NCBI GenBank assembly: GCA_021794645.1
Contig: JAJYQK010000017.1
Span: 1 to 39,794, forward strand
Source of the DNA: Actinomycetes bacterium
Lineage (GTDB): Bacteria; Actinomycetota; Acidimicrobiia; Acidimicrobiales; Bog-793
Reading direction: 5' to 3'
Length of the DNA: 39,794 nt
A program made the translations under genes and the position numbers. Position 1 is the first letter of the stretch; every line of letters starts with the position of its first letter. Shown here in pieces: positions 7,270-15,052 of this stretch. The notes under the pieces were generated by a model. That model was not told the origin of the DNA. It did no database searches and was given only the letters and a program-made list of their open reading frames with translations.

Positions 7270-8528
7270 CTGGTCACGTACTCCGCGAAGCGGCGGGTGC
7301 CCCGCTCGTCCAAGCGTGCCTGCAGCAAGACTGTCTCTCCTTCATATCGCTCCTCTACGACCTCTCCTTCTCGGTGGAGGGCCGCCACGACGTCTCCCCG
7401 CCCGACCGGCACGGCGAGGGCCACCACCTGGTCGCCCGAGCGGAGCCGGTCGGCCACCTTGCGCAACAGCTCGCTCACACCCTCGCCCGTGCGGGCCGAG
7501 AAGACGGGTGCACCGCCCTCCTTCGCCGACAGCTTGGCAGCCGCCTCGGGAGCGGCGTCGGCCTTGTTCAGCGCCAAGAGCTCGGGCACCTCGCCGGCGC
7601 CTATCTCGGCCAGCACGAGGCGGACCGCCTCGATCTGGCCCTCGGGGTCACGAGCCGAGGCGTCGACGACGTGCAGCAGCAGGTCGGCGGCCGTCACGAC
7701 GTCCAATGTCGCGTGAAAGGCGTCGACCAGCTGGTGGGGCAGCTTGCGCACGAAGCCGACGGTGTCAGACATCAGCACGGTCTCGCCGCCCGGCAGCTCG
7801 AGACGGCGGGTGCGCGGGTCGAGAGTGGAAAAGAGGCGGTTCTCGACGAGGACGCCGGCGTCGGTCAGCCGGTTGAGGAGGGTCGACTTCCCGGCGTTGG
7901 TGTAGCCGACGAGCGAGACCGTCCGCAGCGCCCCCCGGCGGCGGCTGCGGTGCTGGGTCTGGCGGGTCGACTCGAGCTCGTGCAGCTCCTGCTCGAGCTT
8001 GCGGATGCGGCGCATCAGCCGTCGCCTGTCCTCTTCGAGCTTGGTCTCGCCCGGCCCTCTCGTGCCTATCCGCCCCGCCTGCTGGGAGAGCTCGGTACCC
8101 CGGCCCCGCAGGCGGGGCAGCCGGTACTGCAAGAGGGCCAGCTCGACCTGGGCCCGTCCTTCCTCTGTATGGGCGTTCTGGGCGAAGATGTCGAGGATGA
8201 CCGCCGTCCGGTCGATGGCGGTCCGCCCGAGCAGCCGCTCGAGGTTGCGCTGCTGAGCCGGGGTGAGCTCCTCGTCGAACACGACGGTGTCGGCGTCCAC
8301 CTCCTCTGAGAGGAGCCGGAGCTCTTCGGCCTTGCCCCGCCCGATGTAGGTGGCCGGGTCGGGCGCCTCCCGGCGCTGGACGATGCGGGCCACCTCGTCA
8401 GCTCCGGCGGTGTCGACGAGGAGGGTGAGCTCGTCGAGGCTCGCCTCCACCTCGTCGAGGGTGCGGGGCCAGGCGACGACACCGACGAGGACGATCTTCT
8501 CCCGGAAGCGGCGGTCGATGAGCGTCAC
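7266..8528 (-). CDS. hflX: GTPase HflX
   Basis: 420 aa. It has the HflX N-terminal domain, G1 GYTNAGKST, G3 DTVGF and G4 NKAD. The GTG start overlaps the dapF stop (GTGA at 8525..8528). Confidence 0.95.
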   Translation of the reverse strand: MTLIDRRFREKIVLVGVVAWPRTLDEVEASLDELTLLVDTAGADEVARIVQRREAPDPATYIGRGKAEELRLLSEEVDADTVVFDEELTPAQQRNLERLLGRTAIDRTAVILDIFAQNAHTEEGRAQVELALLQYRLPRLRGRGTELSQQAGRIGTRGPGETKLEEDRRRLMRRIRKLEQELHELESTRQTQHRSRRRGALRTVSLVGYTNAGKSTLLNRLTDAGVLVENRLFSTLDPRTRRLELPGGETVLMSDTVGFVRKLPHQLVDAFHATLDVVTAADLLLHVVDASARDPEGQIEAVRLVLAEIGAGEVPELLALNKADAAPEAAAKLSAKEGGAPVFSARTGEGVSELLRKVADRLRSGDQVVALAVPVGRGDVVAALHREGEVVEERYEGETVLLQARLDERGTRRFAEYVTR

Positions 8529-9361
8529 GAAGCCGCCAGCTCCCCTGCCGCGTCCATCTCCACCTCGACCCGGGCCACCCTTGTTGCCGGCCCGGTGAGG
8601 ACGGCGCTCGGGCGCTCTTTGTCACCGGCCAGCTCGACGAGCAGGCGGCCGCCCGGGTTCTCGACGCTCACCCGGTCGCCGACGAGGCCGGCGGCCCGGG
8701 CGGCGGCGGCGGCGGCCACGCTGCCGCTGCCACAGGCGGCTGTCAGCCCGGCCCCTCGCTCCCAGACGACCATCTCGAGGCTGTCGGGCCCGCCCACCCG
8801 CACGAACTCGACGTTCTGGCCGCCCGGGACGCTCGCCTCGAGGCGCGGCCCGAGCGAGGAGAGTTCGAGGCCGGCGAGGCTGGCGCCCTGCAGCACGAGA
8901 TGGGGGTTGCCCACGTCGACGCGGCGGGCCGAGAAGCCCTCGAGCGGGCTCGGCGGCTGCTCGCCGAGGCGGGCCTCTCCCATGGAGACGCTCACCTCGC
9001 CGTCAGGGCCGATGACTGCTTCCACCTCCCCGCTGTCGGTCTCGATAACAAGGCGCCCCGAGCCGGCCCGGCCGGCCTGGGAGAGGGCGAGGGCCAGGCA
9101 GCGAAGGCCGTTCCCGCTCGTCTCGGCCCGCCCTCCGTCTGAGTTGTAGAGCTCCATCCGCACCCTGCCCGCAGCGCGGGCGGGGCGGGCGAGGACGAGC
9201 CCGTCGGCGCCGACGCCGCGCCGCCTGTCGCAGAGACGGCGAACGGCCTCCCGTCCGGGCGGGTCGGCGAGGCCGGAGCCTTCGAGGGCGACGAGGAAGT
9301 CGTTCCCGAGGGCCTGGTACTTGAGGAGCGACACGGCGGTCACGAGGGCGAAGTCTCCCAT
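8525..9361 (-). CDS. dapF: Diaminopimelate epimerase
   Basis: Frame of ORF 8525..9409. It has GNDF, SGNGLRC and CGSG (the two catalytic Cys contexts). The start is either ATG 9361 or GTG 9343. The latter forms a GTGA overlap with the miaA stop and gives MTAVSLLKYQALGNDF. Confidence 0.9.
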   Translation of the reverse strand: MGDFALVTAVSLLKYQALGNDFLVALEGSGLADPPGREAVRRLCDRRRGVGADGLVLARPARAAGRVRMELYNSDGGRAETSGNGLRCLALALSQAGRAGSGRLVIETDSGEVEAVIGPDGEVSVSMGEARLGEQPPSPLEGFSARRVDVGNPHLVLQGASLAGLELSSLGPRLEASVPGGQNVEFVRVGGPDSLEMVVWERGAGLTAACGSGSVAAAAAARAAGLVGDRVSVENPGGRLLVELAGDKERPSAVLTGPATRVARVEVEMDAAGELAAS

Positions 9362-10263
9362 CTCTCCAGCACCTGGCCGACAAGGTCGGGCGCTGACGCC
9401 GACAGCCAATGGACGCGGGGATCGCGCCGGAACCAGGCCTCTTGGCGGCGGGCGAAGCGGCGCAGACGGCGCAAGGTGGCGACCCTTGCCTCCTCGAGGC
9501 TGAGGGTGCCCTCCAGATGGGCGAGGAGCTCGGCGTAGCCGATGGCCTGGCGGGCCGTGCGCGAGAGGCCGCCGGGCCGGGAGGCGAGGCGGGCCACCTC
9601 CTCGAGGAACCCCTCGGCCAGCTGCTCGTCGAGGCGGGCCTCGAGGCGGCGGTCGAGCTCAGCCCGCTCGAGGCGGAGTCCGACCAGCACCGTCGCCGTC
9701 TCCTGATAGCTCTCGAGACCGGGACCGAAGCGGGAGAAGGGCCGCCCGCTCCCCTCGGTCACCTCGAGGGCGCGCACAACCCTTCGCAGGTTGAACGGCT
9801 CCATGCGGCCGGCCGCCACTGGGTCGAGCGAGGCGAGGCGGGCGTGCAGCCGGACCGGGCCGCCGGGCCGGCGACCCTCCTCGTAGAGGCGGCGGCGTAT
9901 CTCCGGGTACTGCTCGGGCAGCTGCAGGCCGTCGAGGAGCGCCCGGTGGTAGAGGCCGGTCCCTCCGACCAGGAGAGCGGGCCTGGCCTCGGCGTGCAGC
10001 CCGGCGAGGACCTTCTCGCCGGCCGCCTGGAAGAGGGCCACGGAGAACTCCTCGCTCGGCTCGACCAGGTCGACGAGGTGCCAGCAGTGCCGGCAGGCGG
10101 GGTCGGCCGCCCGGGTCGGCTTGGCGGTGCCGATGTCCATCCCCCGGTAGACCGCCAAAGCGTCGACCGACACGAGGCCGGCCTCCGGCCTCGTGTCGGC
10201 GATGGCAGCCGCCAGGGTGGTCTTACCGCTGCCGGTGGCTCCGACGATGGCGAGGTCCGGCAG
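9340..10263 (-). CDS. miaA: tRNA dimethylallyltransferase; the start is probably non-canonical (CTG)
   Basis: The track ORF begins at GTG 10173, but the in-frame upstream sequence encodes the P-loop (LPDLAIVGATGSGKTTLAAAIA). There is no ATG/GTG/TTG between it and the upstream stop. CTG at 10263 is preceded by GGGGAAGG (4-nt spacer). The rest of the protein is typical MiaA (YRGMDIGTAKP...). Confidence 0.85.
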   Translation of the reverse strand: MPDLAIVGATGSGKTTLAAAIADTRPEAGLVSVDALAVYRGMDIGTAKPTRAADPACRHCWHLVDLVEPSEEFSVALFQAAGEKVLAGLHAEARPALLVGGTGLYHRALLDGLQLPEQYPEIRRRLYEEGRRPGGPVRLHARLASLDPVAAGRMEPFNLRRVVRALEVTEGSGRPFSRFGPGLESYQETATVLVGLRLERAELDRRLEARLDEQLAEGFLEEVARLASRPGGLSRTARQAIGYAELLAHLEGTLSLEEARVATLRRLRRFARRQEAWFRRDPRVHWLSASAPDLVGQVLERWETSPS

Positions 10264-10286
10264 CCGGCCTTCCCCGCGCAGGTGGC

Positions 10287-10661
10287 TCAGGGGCCCGAGA
10301 CCTCCTCGTCTGGGACCGGGGCGCCGAGCGCCGGCTTGGCGGTCTTGTGGCGGGGACGGGAGCGTCCCACGAGCTTCTTGTTGAGCTTGGTAAGCCGCTG
10401 CACCGCCTTGTTGACGGCACCCTCGAGGGCGGCGTCCGGCTTGGGGCCGACAGCGGCCGCCCTCACGACCCGTCCGTGCGCCACCACCCGCAGCTCGCAG
10501 CTGACCGGGGCGCCCAGGTGGCCCTTCTTGCCATCGGAGAAGAGCACCTCGCAGCGCTCCATGCCGTGCAGGTACCTGTCGAGACCTTCCACCTTGGACT
10601 CAGCGTGCTGGCGCACCTTCTCGGGCACCTCCACATGGCGGCCACGGACGGCGATATCCAT
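10287..10661 (-). CDS. hpf: Ribosome hibernation promoting factor / RaiA family (S30AE domain), short form
   Basis: ORF 10287..10781 trimmed to ATG 10661 (SD AAGGGAGGAG, 7 nt upstream). The sequence reads MDIAVRGRHVEVPEKVRQHAESKVEGLDRYL...AVNKAVQRLTKLNKKL. The 124-aa protein has only a short basic tail and no long-HPF C-terminal dimerisation domain. Confidence 0.85.
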   Translation of the reverse strand: MDIAVRGRHVEVPEKVRQHAESKVEGLDRYLHGMERCEVLFSDGKKGHLGAPVSCELRVVAHGRVVRAAAVGPKPDAALEGAVNKAVQRLTKLNKKLVGRSRPRHKTAKPALGAPVPDEEVSGP

Positions 10662-10738
10662 CTGCACTCCTCCCTTACGGCAGGGCCGCCCCGGCTGGAG
10701 GCGACCTGGGACGTGGATGAGCCCATGCGGCTGACCTG

Positions 10739-10867
10739 GTCTTTGGCCCCACACTCGCCTGCTGAGGAGATCCCGGGCCAAAGACGGGCGACCGGCACTG
10801 GCCGGTCCATCCGCTCGCTTGGGGCCACGGTTCGCTCCCTCTCCGCCGGGCGCCGACAGCCGGCGCC
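10739..10867 (-). other. Three consecutive perfect GC-rich stem-loops inside the 372-nt ahcY-hpf spacer
   Basis: Hairpin 1: 10739..10749 (GTCTTTGGCCC) pairs with 10775..10785 (GGGCCAAAGAC), an 11-bp stem with a 25-nt loop. Hairpin 2: 10790..10796 (GACCGGC) pairs with 10801..10807 (GCCGGTC). Hairpin 3: 10849..10855 (GGCGCCG) pairs with 10861..10867 (CGGCGCC). No credible ORF lies in the spacer. Confidence 0.5.
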
Positions 10868-11033
10868 GACCGGGCAGGTCTTACCTCTAAGCCGCACCAT
10901 GCTCAGCGACCACGAGTCGCCTTACGTGGGTCGTTTCGCCTGCGACTGGCATCGACTCGCAACCACAGACCCGCATGTACTCATCCGTCCTCAGGCTACC
11001 CAGGTGTCAAGGGGAGGACGGCGGCGCCCTGCC

Positions 11034-12305
11034 TCAGGGCTCGAAGGCGGCCAGGTAGCGCTCCTGGGCCCTCGTCAGGGTGTCGATCTCGACACCCATC
11101 GCCTCGAGCTTCAGGCGAGCGAGCTCCTCGTCGATGGCGGCGGGCGGCTCGTGGACCCCGGGCGGGAGGCCGCCGGCCGTCTCGGCCAGCCACTCGAGCG
11201 AGAGGGCCTGCAGGCCGAAGGAGAGGTCCATCACCTGGGGGGGGTGACCGTCGGCCGCCGCCAGGTTGACCAGCCGCCCCTCTGCCAAGAGGCGAAGCCG
11301 CGGACCGCTCGGTCCGAGGCGGTACTCCTCCAGGTTGGGGCGCAGCCGGCGCCTCTGCCCGGCCGCCAGCTCGTCGAGGGCGCCGAGATCGATCTCGACG
11401 TCGAGCTGACCGGCGTTGGCGAGCACCGCCCCATCTCGCATGACGGCGAAGTGCTCTCTCGTGAGCACGTCGCGGTTGCCGGTGGCCGTGACGAAGATGT
11501 CGCCCTCGCGGGCCGCCGCCGCCATCGAGCTCACCTCGAAGCCGTCCATGGCGGCCTCGAGGGCTCGGCGGGGGTCGACCTCGGTCACGATCACGACAGC
11601 GCCGAGCCCCCGCGCCCTGCTGGCCACCCCCTTGCCGCAGTTGCCGTAGCCGGCCACCACGACCGTGGCGCCGGCCAGGAGGGCGTTCGTGGTCCTGATG
11701 ATGCCGTCGAGGACCGACTGACCAGTCCCATGGCGGTTGTCGGCGAGCGAGCGAGTCTGGGAGGCGCTCAGCGAGAGGACGGGGTAGTGCAGGCCACCGC
11801 TCGCCGCCAGCGCCCGCAGCCGGACGGCGCCGGTGCTCGTGTCCTCCGTGCCGGCCACAACCTCGACCGCCTGGCTCGGGCGGGCGAGGTGGAGGCGGGC
11901 GACGAGGTCGCAGCCGTCGTCGACGGTGAGGCGGGGATGGGCGTCGAGCACCGCCTCGACGTGGCGCCGGTAGCGCTCGGGGTCCTCGCCCCGGCGGGCG
12001 AAGGTGGCGATCGCCTCCTCCGCCACGAGGAAGGCGGCCACCTCGTCGTTGGTCGAGAGCGGGTTGGAGGCACAGACAAAGAGCTCGGCGCCCCCGGCCG
12101 AGAGGGTGCCGAGGAGGACGGCCGTCTCGGCCGTCACGTGCAGGCTCGCTCCTATCCGCCAGCCGGTGAGGGGGCGCTCGGCCGAGAAGCGCCGGCGCAC
12201 CGTGGCCATCACGGGCATCTGCTCCGCCGCCCATTCCGCCCGGGCCTGCCCGAGGCCGGCGAGGCCGAGATCGGCGACGTCGTGAGGAGGAAGCGAGGCG
12301 CTCAC
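11034..12305 (-). CDS. ahcY: Adenosylhomocysteinase
   Basis: 423 aa. It has the NAD-binding VVAGYGNCGKGVA, plus DNRHGTGQS, ATGN and a C-terminal ...RYL. The GTG start overlaps the stop of the SIS gene (GTGA at 12302..12305). Confidence 0.95.
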   Translation of the reverse strand: MSASLPPHDVADLGLAGLGQARAEWAAEQMPVMATVRRRFSAERPLTGWRIGASLHVTAETAVLLGTLSAGGAELFVCASNPLSTNDEVAAFLVAEEAIATFARRGEDPERYRRHVEAVLDAHPRLTVDDGCDLVARLHLARPSQAVEVVAGTEDTSTGAVRLRALAASGGLHYPVLSLSASQTRSLADNRHGTGQSVLDGIIRTTNALLAGATVVVAGYGNCGKGVASRARGLGAVVIVTEVDPRRALEAAMDGFEVSSMAAAAREGDIFVTATGNRDVLTREHFAVMRDGAVLANAGQLDVEIDLGALDELAAGQRRRLRPNLEEYRLGPSGPRLRLLAEGRLVNLAAADGHPPQVMDLSFGLQALSLEWLAETAGGLPPGVHEPPAAIDEELARLKLEAMGVEIDTLTRAQERYLAAFEP

Positions 12306-13348
12306 CGAGAAGAGAGGCGCTCTTTCACCTCGGCCAGGACGGGCACCGGTCCCGGGTCGACCCCCTCGGCCGCCGCCAGGTGGAGAGAGACGAAGTCGCC
12401 GATCGCCACGAGGTCGAAAAAGCGGGCGAGCGGCCCCTCGCCCTCGCCCGTCATCTCGACGTGGTCGGAGAGGGCCTCGCCGGCGAGCTCGGCGAAGAGC
12501 CCGAAGCGCCGTTGGGTCTGGCCGTCGTCGTCCTCCAGCCGGAGAGAGACGAGGGTGAGCAGCTGGCGGGTGACGTCGCCCGACTGGCCGAAGCCGCAGA
12601 GCTCGTTGTGGCAGACCTCGGGCTCGGAGCCGGCGAAGGCGGGCGCCTTGGCGTTCTCGTTCACCTGGGTCTTGAAGCGGCGGGCGGCCACCTCCCCGAG
12701 GCCGGCGCCCCCGTGGGCGAGCGGGATCGTCCGCCCGATCCGCCGGGCGATCTCGCCGGCCGGTCCCCCGCCGGCCGCCAGGACCGGCAGCCGCCGCGAG
12801 AGCTGGGCGGCGGCCAGCTCGAGCTGGTGCCGGGCGCCGTCGAGCAGGCCCGCCTCCTCCAGCGCCAGCAGGAGACGGGCGGTCATGGCCCCGAGGGCCG
12901 CCCGGGGCTGGGGGATGCCGGGCGGGATGGTGAGCACCTCCCCGCCGCTTGCGGCGGCCAGCTCGGCGAGAGAGCCGCCCTCTGTGATCGCCACCAGCTC
13001 GGCCCCCCGTGCTGCGGCCTCGCCTGCGGCGGCGAGGGTCTCTTCTGTCTCTCCCGAGAACGAGACGGCGAAGGCGAGCGTGGTGGGAGAGAGGAAGCTG
13101 GGCGCCCGGTAGCCGCCGAGCGGGAGGATCGGCACGGGCGACGAGGCTGCCCCGAGGGCGGCCGCCACGGCGCCCGCCACGGCGCTCCCACCCATCCCGA
13201 ACACGACGACGTTGTCGTAGGCGGCCTCGCGGATGGCCGGCCTAGCTCCCGCCAGCGCCGCTTCGATCTGGTCGCCGAGGCCGGCGGTCGCCCCGAGCAT
13301 GTCGAGCGAGTCGACCGGGAGGCGGAAGCTCCCCGGCTGCCCGCTCAC
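12302..13348 (-). CDS. SIS-domain bifunctional phosphoglucose/phosphomannose isomerase family protein
   Basis: 348 aa. The N-terminal SIS domain reads VVVFGMGGSAVAG...AVSFSGETEET. The C-terminal part reads FKTQVNENAKAPAF...HNE. It holds the conserved position between manB/trm112 and ahcY. GTGA overlap with trm112 at 13345..13348. Confidence 0.75.
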   Translation of the reverse strand: MSGQPGSFRLPVDSLDMLGATAGLGDQIEAALAGARPAIREAAYDNVVVFGMGGSAVAGAVAAALGAASSPVPILPLGGYRAPSFLSPTTLAFAVSFSGETEETLAAAGEAAARGAELVAITEGGSLAELAAASGGEVLTIPPGIPQPRAALGAMTARLLLALEEAGLLDGARHQLELAAAQLSRRLPVLAAGGGPAGEIARRIGRTIPLAHGGAGLGEVAARRFKTQVNENAKAPAFAGSEPEVCHNELCGFGQSGDVTRQLLTLVSLRLEDDDGQTQRRFGLFAELAGEALSDHVEMTGEGEGPLARFFDLVAIGDFVSLHLAAAEGVDPGPVPVLAEVKERLSSR

Positions 13349-13584
13349 GACTGCTCGAAGGTCGGCTTCACCTGCTCGGCTTCCGCCTTGGCACTAAGGC
13401 GGGCGTGCTCGTTTTCGTCGACCACCTCCGACTCCTCGACGAGCATCACCGGGATGCCGTCGTCGATGCGGTAGCGGCGGTGGCTCCGCCAGTTGTAAAG
13501 GCACTCCTCGTCGGCGAAGTACCAGAGGGGGCCCTTGTCCTCCGGGCAGGCGAGGACTTCGAGCAGTCGCTGGTCGAGTGGCAC
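13345..13584 (-). CDS. Trm112 family small zinc-ribbon-like protein
   Basis: 79 aa, reading LLEVLACPEDKGPL...DDGIPVMLVEE. The GTG start is preceded by AGGAGGT. Confidence 0.85.
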   Translation of the reverse strand: MPLDQRLLEVLACPEDKGPLWYFADEECLYNWRSHRRYRIDDGIPVMLVEESEVVDENEHARLSAKAEAEQVKPTFEQS

Positions 13585-13593
13585 ACTTACCTC

Positions 13594-15006
13594 CTAGCTC
13601 TCTTCTTGGCCGAGGGTGGCGATGAGGGAGGTGACCTCCGCCACGTGGCTCTCGAGCGATGCCTCGTCGGGGGCCTCGAGGTTGAGCCGCAGGAGCGGCT
13701 CGGTGTTGGAGGGGCGCAGGTTGAACCACCACTCCCCCAGGTCGACTGTCAGGCCGTCGAGCTTGTCGATCATCGCCCCGCCGGCGGCGAACCGCTCCTC
13801 CACCCCCGCCAGCACCGCCCCGGGCCTTGCCACCTCGGTGTTTATCTCACCCGAGTCGAAGTAGCGCTCGAAGGGGCGGCGGAGCTCCGAGAGGGGGGCG
13901 CCGGCTCGTGAGATGACAGAGAGCACCACGAGGGCGGCGATGATGCCCGAGTCGGCCCGGTAGTTGTCCCGGAAGTAGTAGTGGCCCGAGTGCTCGCCGC
14001 CGAAGACGGCACCGGTCTCGGCCATGACGGCCTTGATGAAAGAGTGGCCGACCCGGGTGCGCACGCCCAGCCCGCCGTGCTCGGCGATCACCTCGGGGAC
14101 GGCCTTTGAGCAGATGAGGTTGTAAAGGACCGTCTCTCCCGGGTGGGCGTCGAGCATGGCGGCGGCCACGATGGCCGTCGTGAGCGAGCCGGAGAGCGGC
14201 TCGGCCTGCTCGTCGACGAGGAAGACCCTGTCGGCGTCGCCGTCGAAAGCAAGGCCGACGTCGGCGCCGGTCTCGGTGATCCGCTGCTGCAAGAAGGCGA
14301 GGTTCTCGGGCTGGATCGGGTCGGCGGGGTGGTTGGGGAAGTTGCCGTCGAGCTCGGGGAAGAGGATGTCAAGCTCGAACGGGAGCGAGCCGAGGACCGC
14401 CGGCGCCACGAGGCCGCCCATGCCGTTGGCGGTGTCGGCCACGACCTTGAGGGGCGCGAGCGAGCCGACGTCGACAAAGGAGTGGACGTGGGCGGCGAAC
14501 CGCTCGAGGAGGTCGACCCGCTCGATGCGGCCGTCGTCGGCCGCCGGTGGGGCAGGGGCCGCCTCGAGGCCGGCCATCACCTCGGCCGCCTCGTCTCTTA
14601 TGACCTGCAGCCCGCTGTCCTGGCCGATCGGCTGGGCGCCCGGCAGGCACATCTTGAGCCCGTTGTAGCGGGCCGGGTTGTGCGATGCGGTCAGCATCAC
14701 CCCGGGCAGGCCGAGGCTGCCCGAGGCGAAGTAGATCATGTCGGTCGAGATCATCCCGGCGTCGACGACGCCGAGACCGCTGGCAAGGGCGCCGGCGGCG
14801 AAGGCCCCGCCGAGTGCCACGCCCGAGGGGCGCATGTCGCGGCCGATGACGACCCGCTCGGCGCCCGCCTGCTCTTTGGCGAACGAGGCGAAGGCGACCC
14901 CGATGGCATAGGCCATCTCCTCGTCCAGCTGGTCAGGGACCGTCCCCCGCACGTCGTAGGCCTTGAAGACTGCGCCGAGGCGCCCGGCAGCTGCGCTTTT
15001 GTCCAT
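13594..15006 (-). CDS. manB: Phosphomannomutase/phosphoglucomutase
   Basis: ORF 13594..15207 trimmed to ATG 15006 (MDKSAAAGRLGAVFKAYDVRG). It has the active-site loop TASHNPARYNG, the metal loop FDGDADR and the sugar-binding GGEHSGH. Confidence 0.93.
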   Translation of the reverse strand: MDKSAAAGRLGAVFKAYDVRGTVPDQLDEEMAYAIGVAFASFAKEQAGAERVVIGRDMRPSGVALGGAFAAGALASGLGVVDAGMISTDMIYFASGSLGLPGVMLTASHNPARYNGLKMCLPGAQPIGQDSGLQVIRDEAAEVMAGLEAAPAPPAADDGRIERVDLLERFAAHVHSFVDVGSLAPLKVVADTANGMGGLVAPAVLGSLPFELDILFPELDGNFPNHPADPIQPENLAFLQQRITETGADVGLAFDGDADRVFLVDEQAEPLSGSLTTAIVAAAMLDAHPGETVLYNLICSKAVPEVIAEHGGLGVRTRVGHSFIKAVMAETGAVFGGEHSGHYYFRDNYRADSGIIAALVVLSVISRAGAPLSELRRPFERYFDSGEINTEVARPGAVLAGVEERFAAGGAMIDKLDGLTVDLGEWWFNLRPSNTEPLLRLNLEAPDEASLESHVAEVTSLIATLGQEES

Positions 15007-15052
15007 GGCGAGCGGCGAGCCTACCCGGCTGCCGCCGGCTCCTCGATGGAGG

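Noticed and set aside
10662-11033. The 372-nt spacer has about the size of actinobacterial tmRNA or RNase P RNA. It also contains an AAGACCTGCC string (minus strand, about 10873..10882) that resembles the end of a cobalamin-riboswitch B12 box.
   Set aside because: It has no tRNA-like 3' end (GGTTCGATTCC...CCA) and no tag reading frame, which rules against tmRNA. It lacks the GAGGAAAGTCCGGGC and ACAGAACCCGGCTTA elements of RNase P. It lacks the SRP GGAAG/AGCAGCC motif. It also lacks the upstream GGGAA...GGTG...AATCC core of cobalamin riboswitches. I kept it only as an unclassified structured region.
10347-13112. Very long ORFs on the opposite strand or in alternative frames. Examples: 10347..13112 (+), 921 aa; 2269..4053 (+); 15021..17108 (-); 17908..19950 (-); 20198..22786 (+); 35116..35979 (+), the 5' extension of the accA ORF.
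   Set aside because: Their translations are Arg/Pro/Gly/Ala-rich low-complexity strings with no recognisable motifs. Each fully overlaps a gene with clear family signatures. Long stop-free shadows are expected at this GC content.
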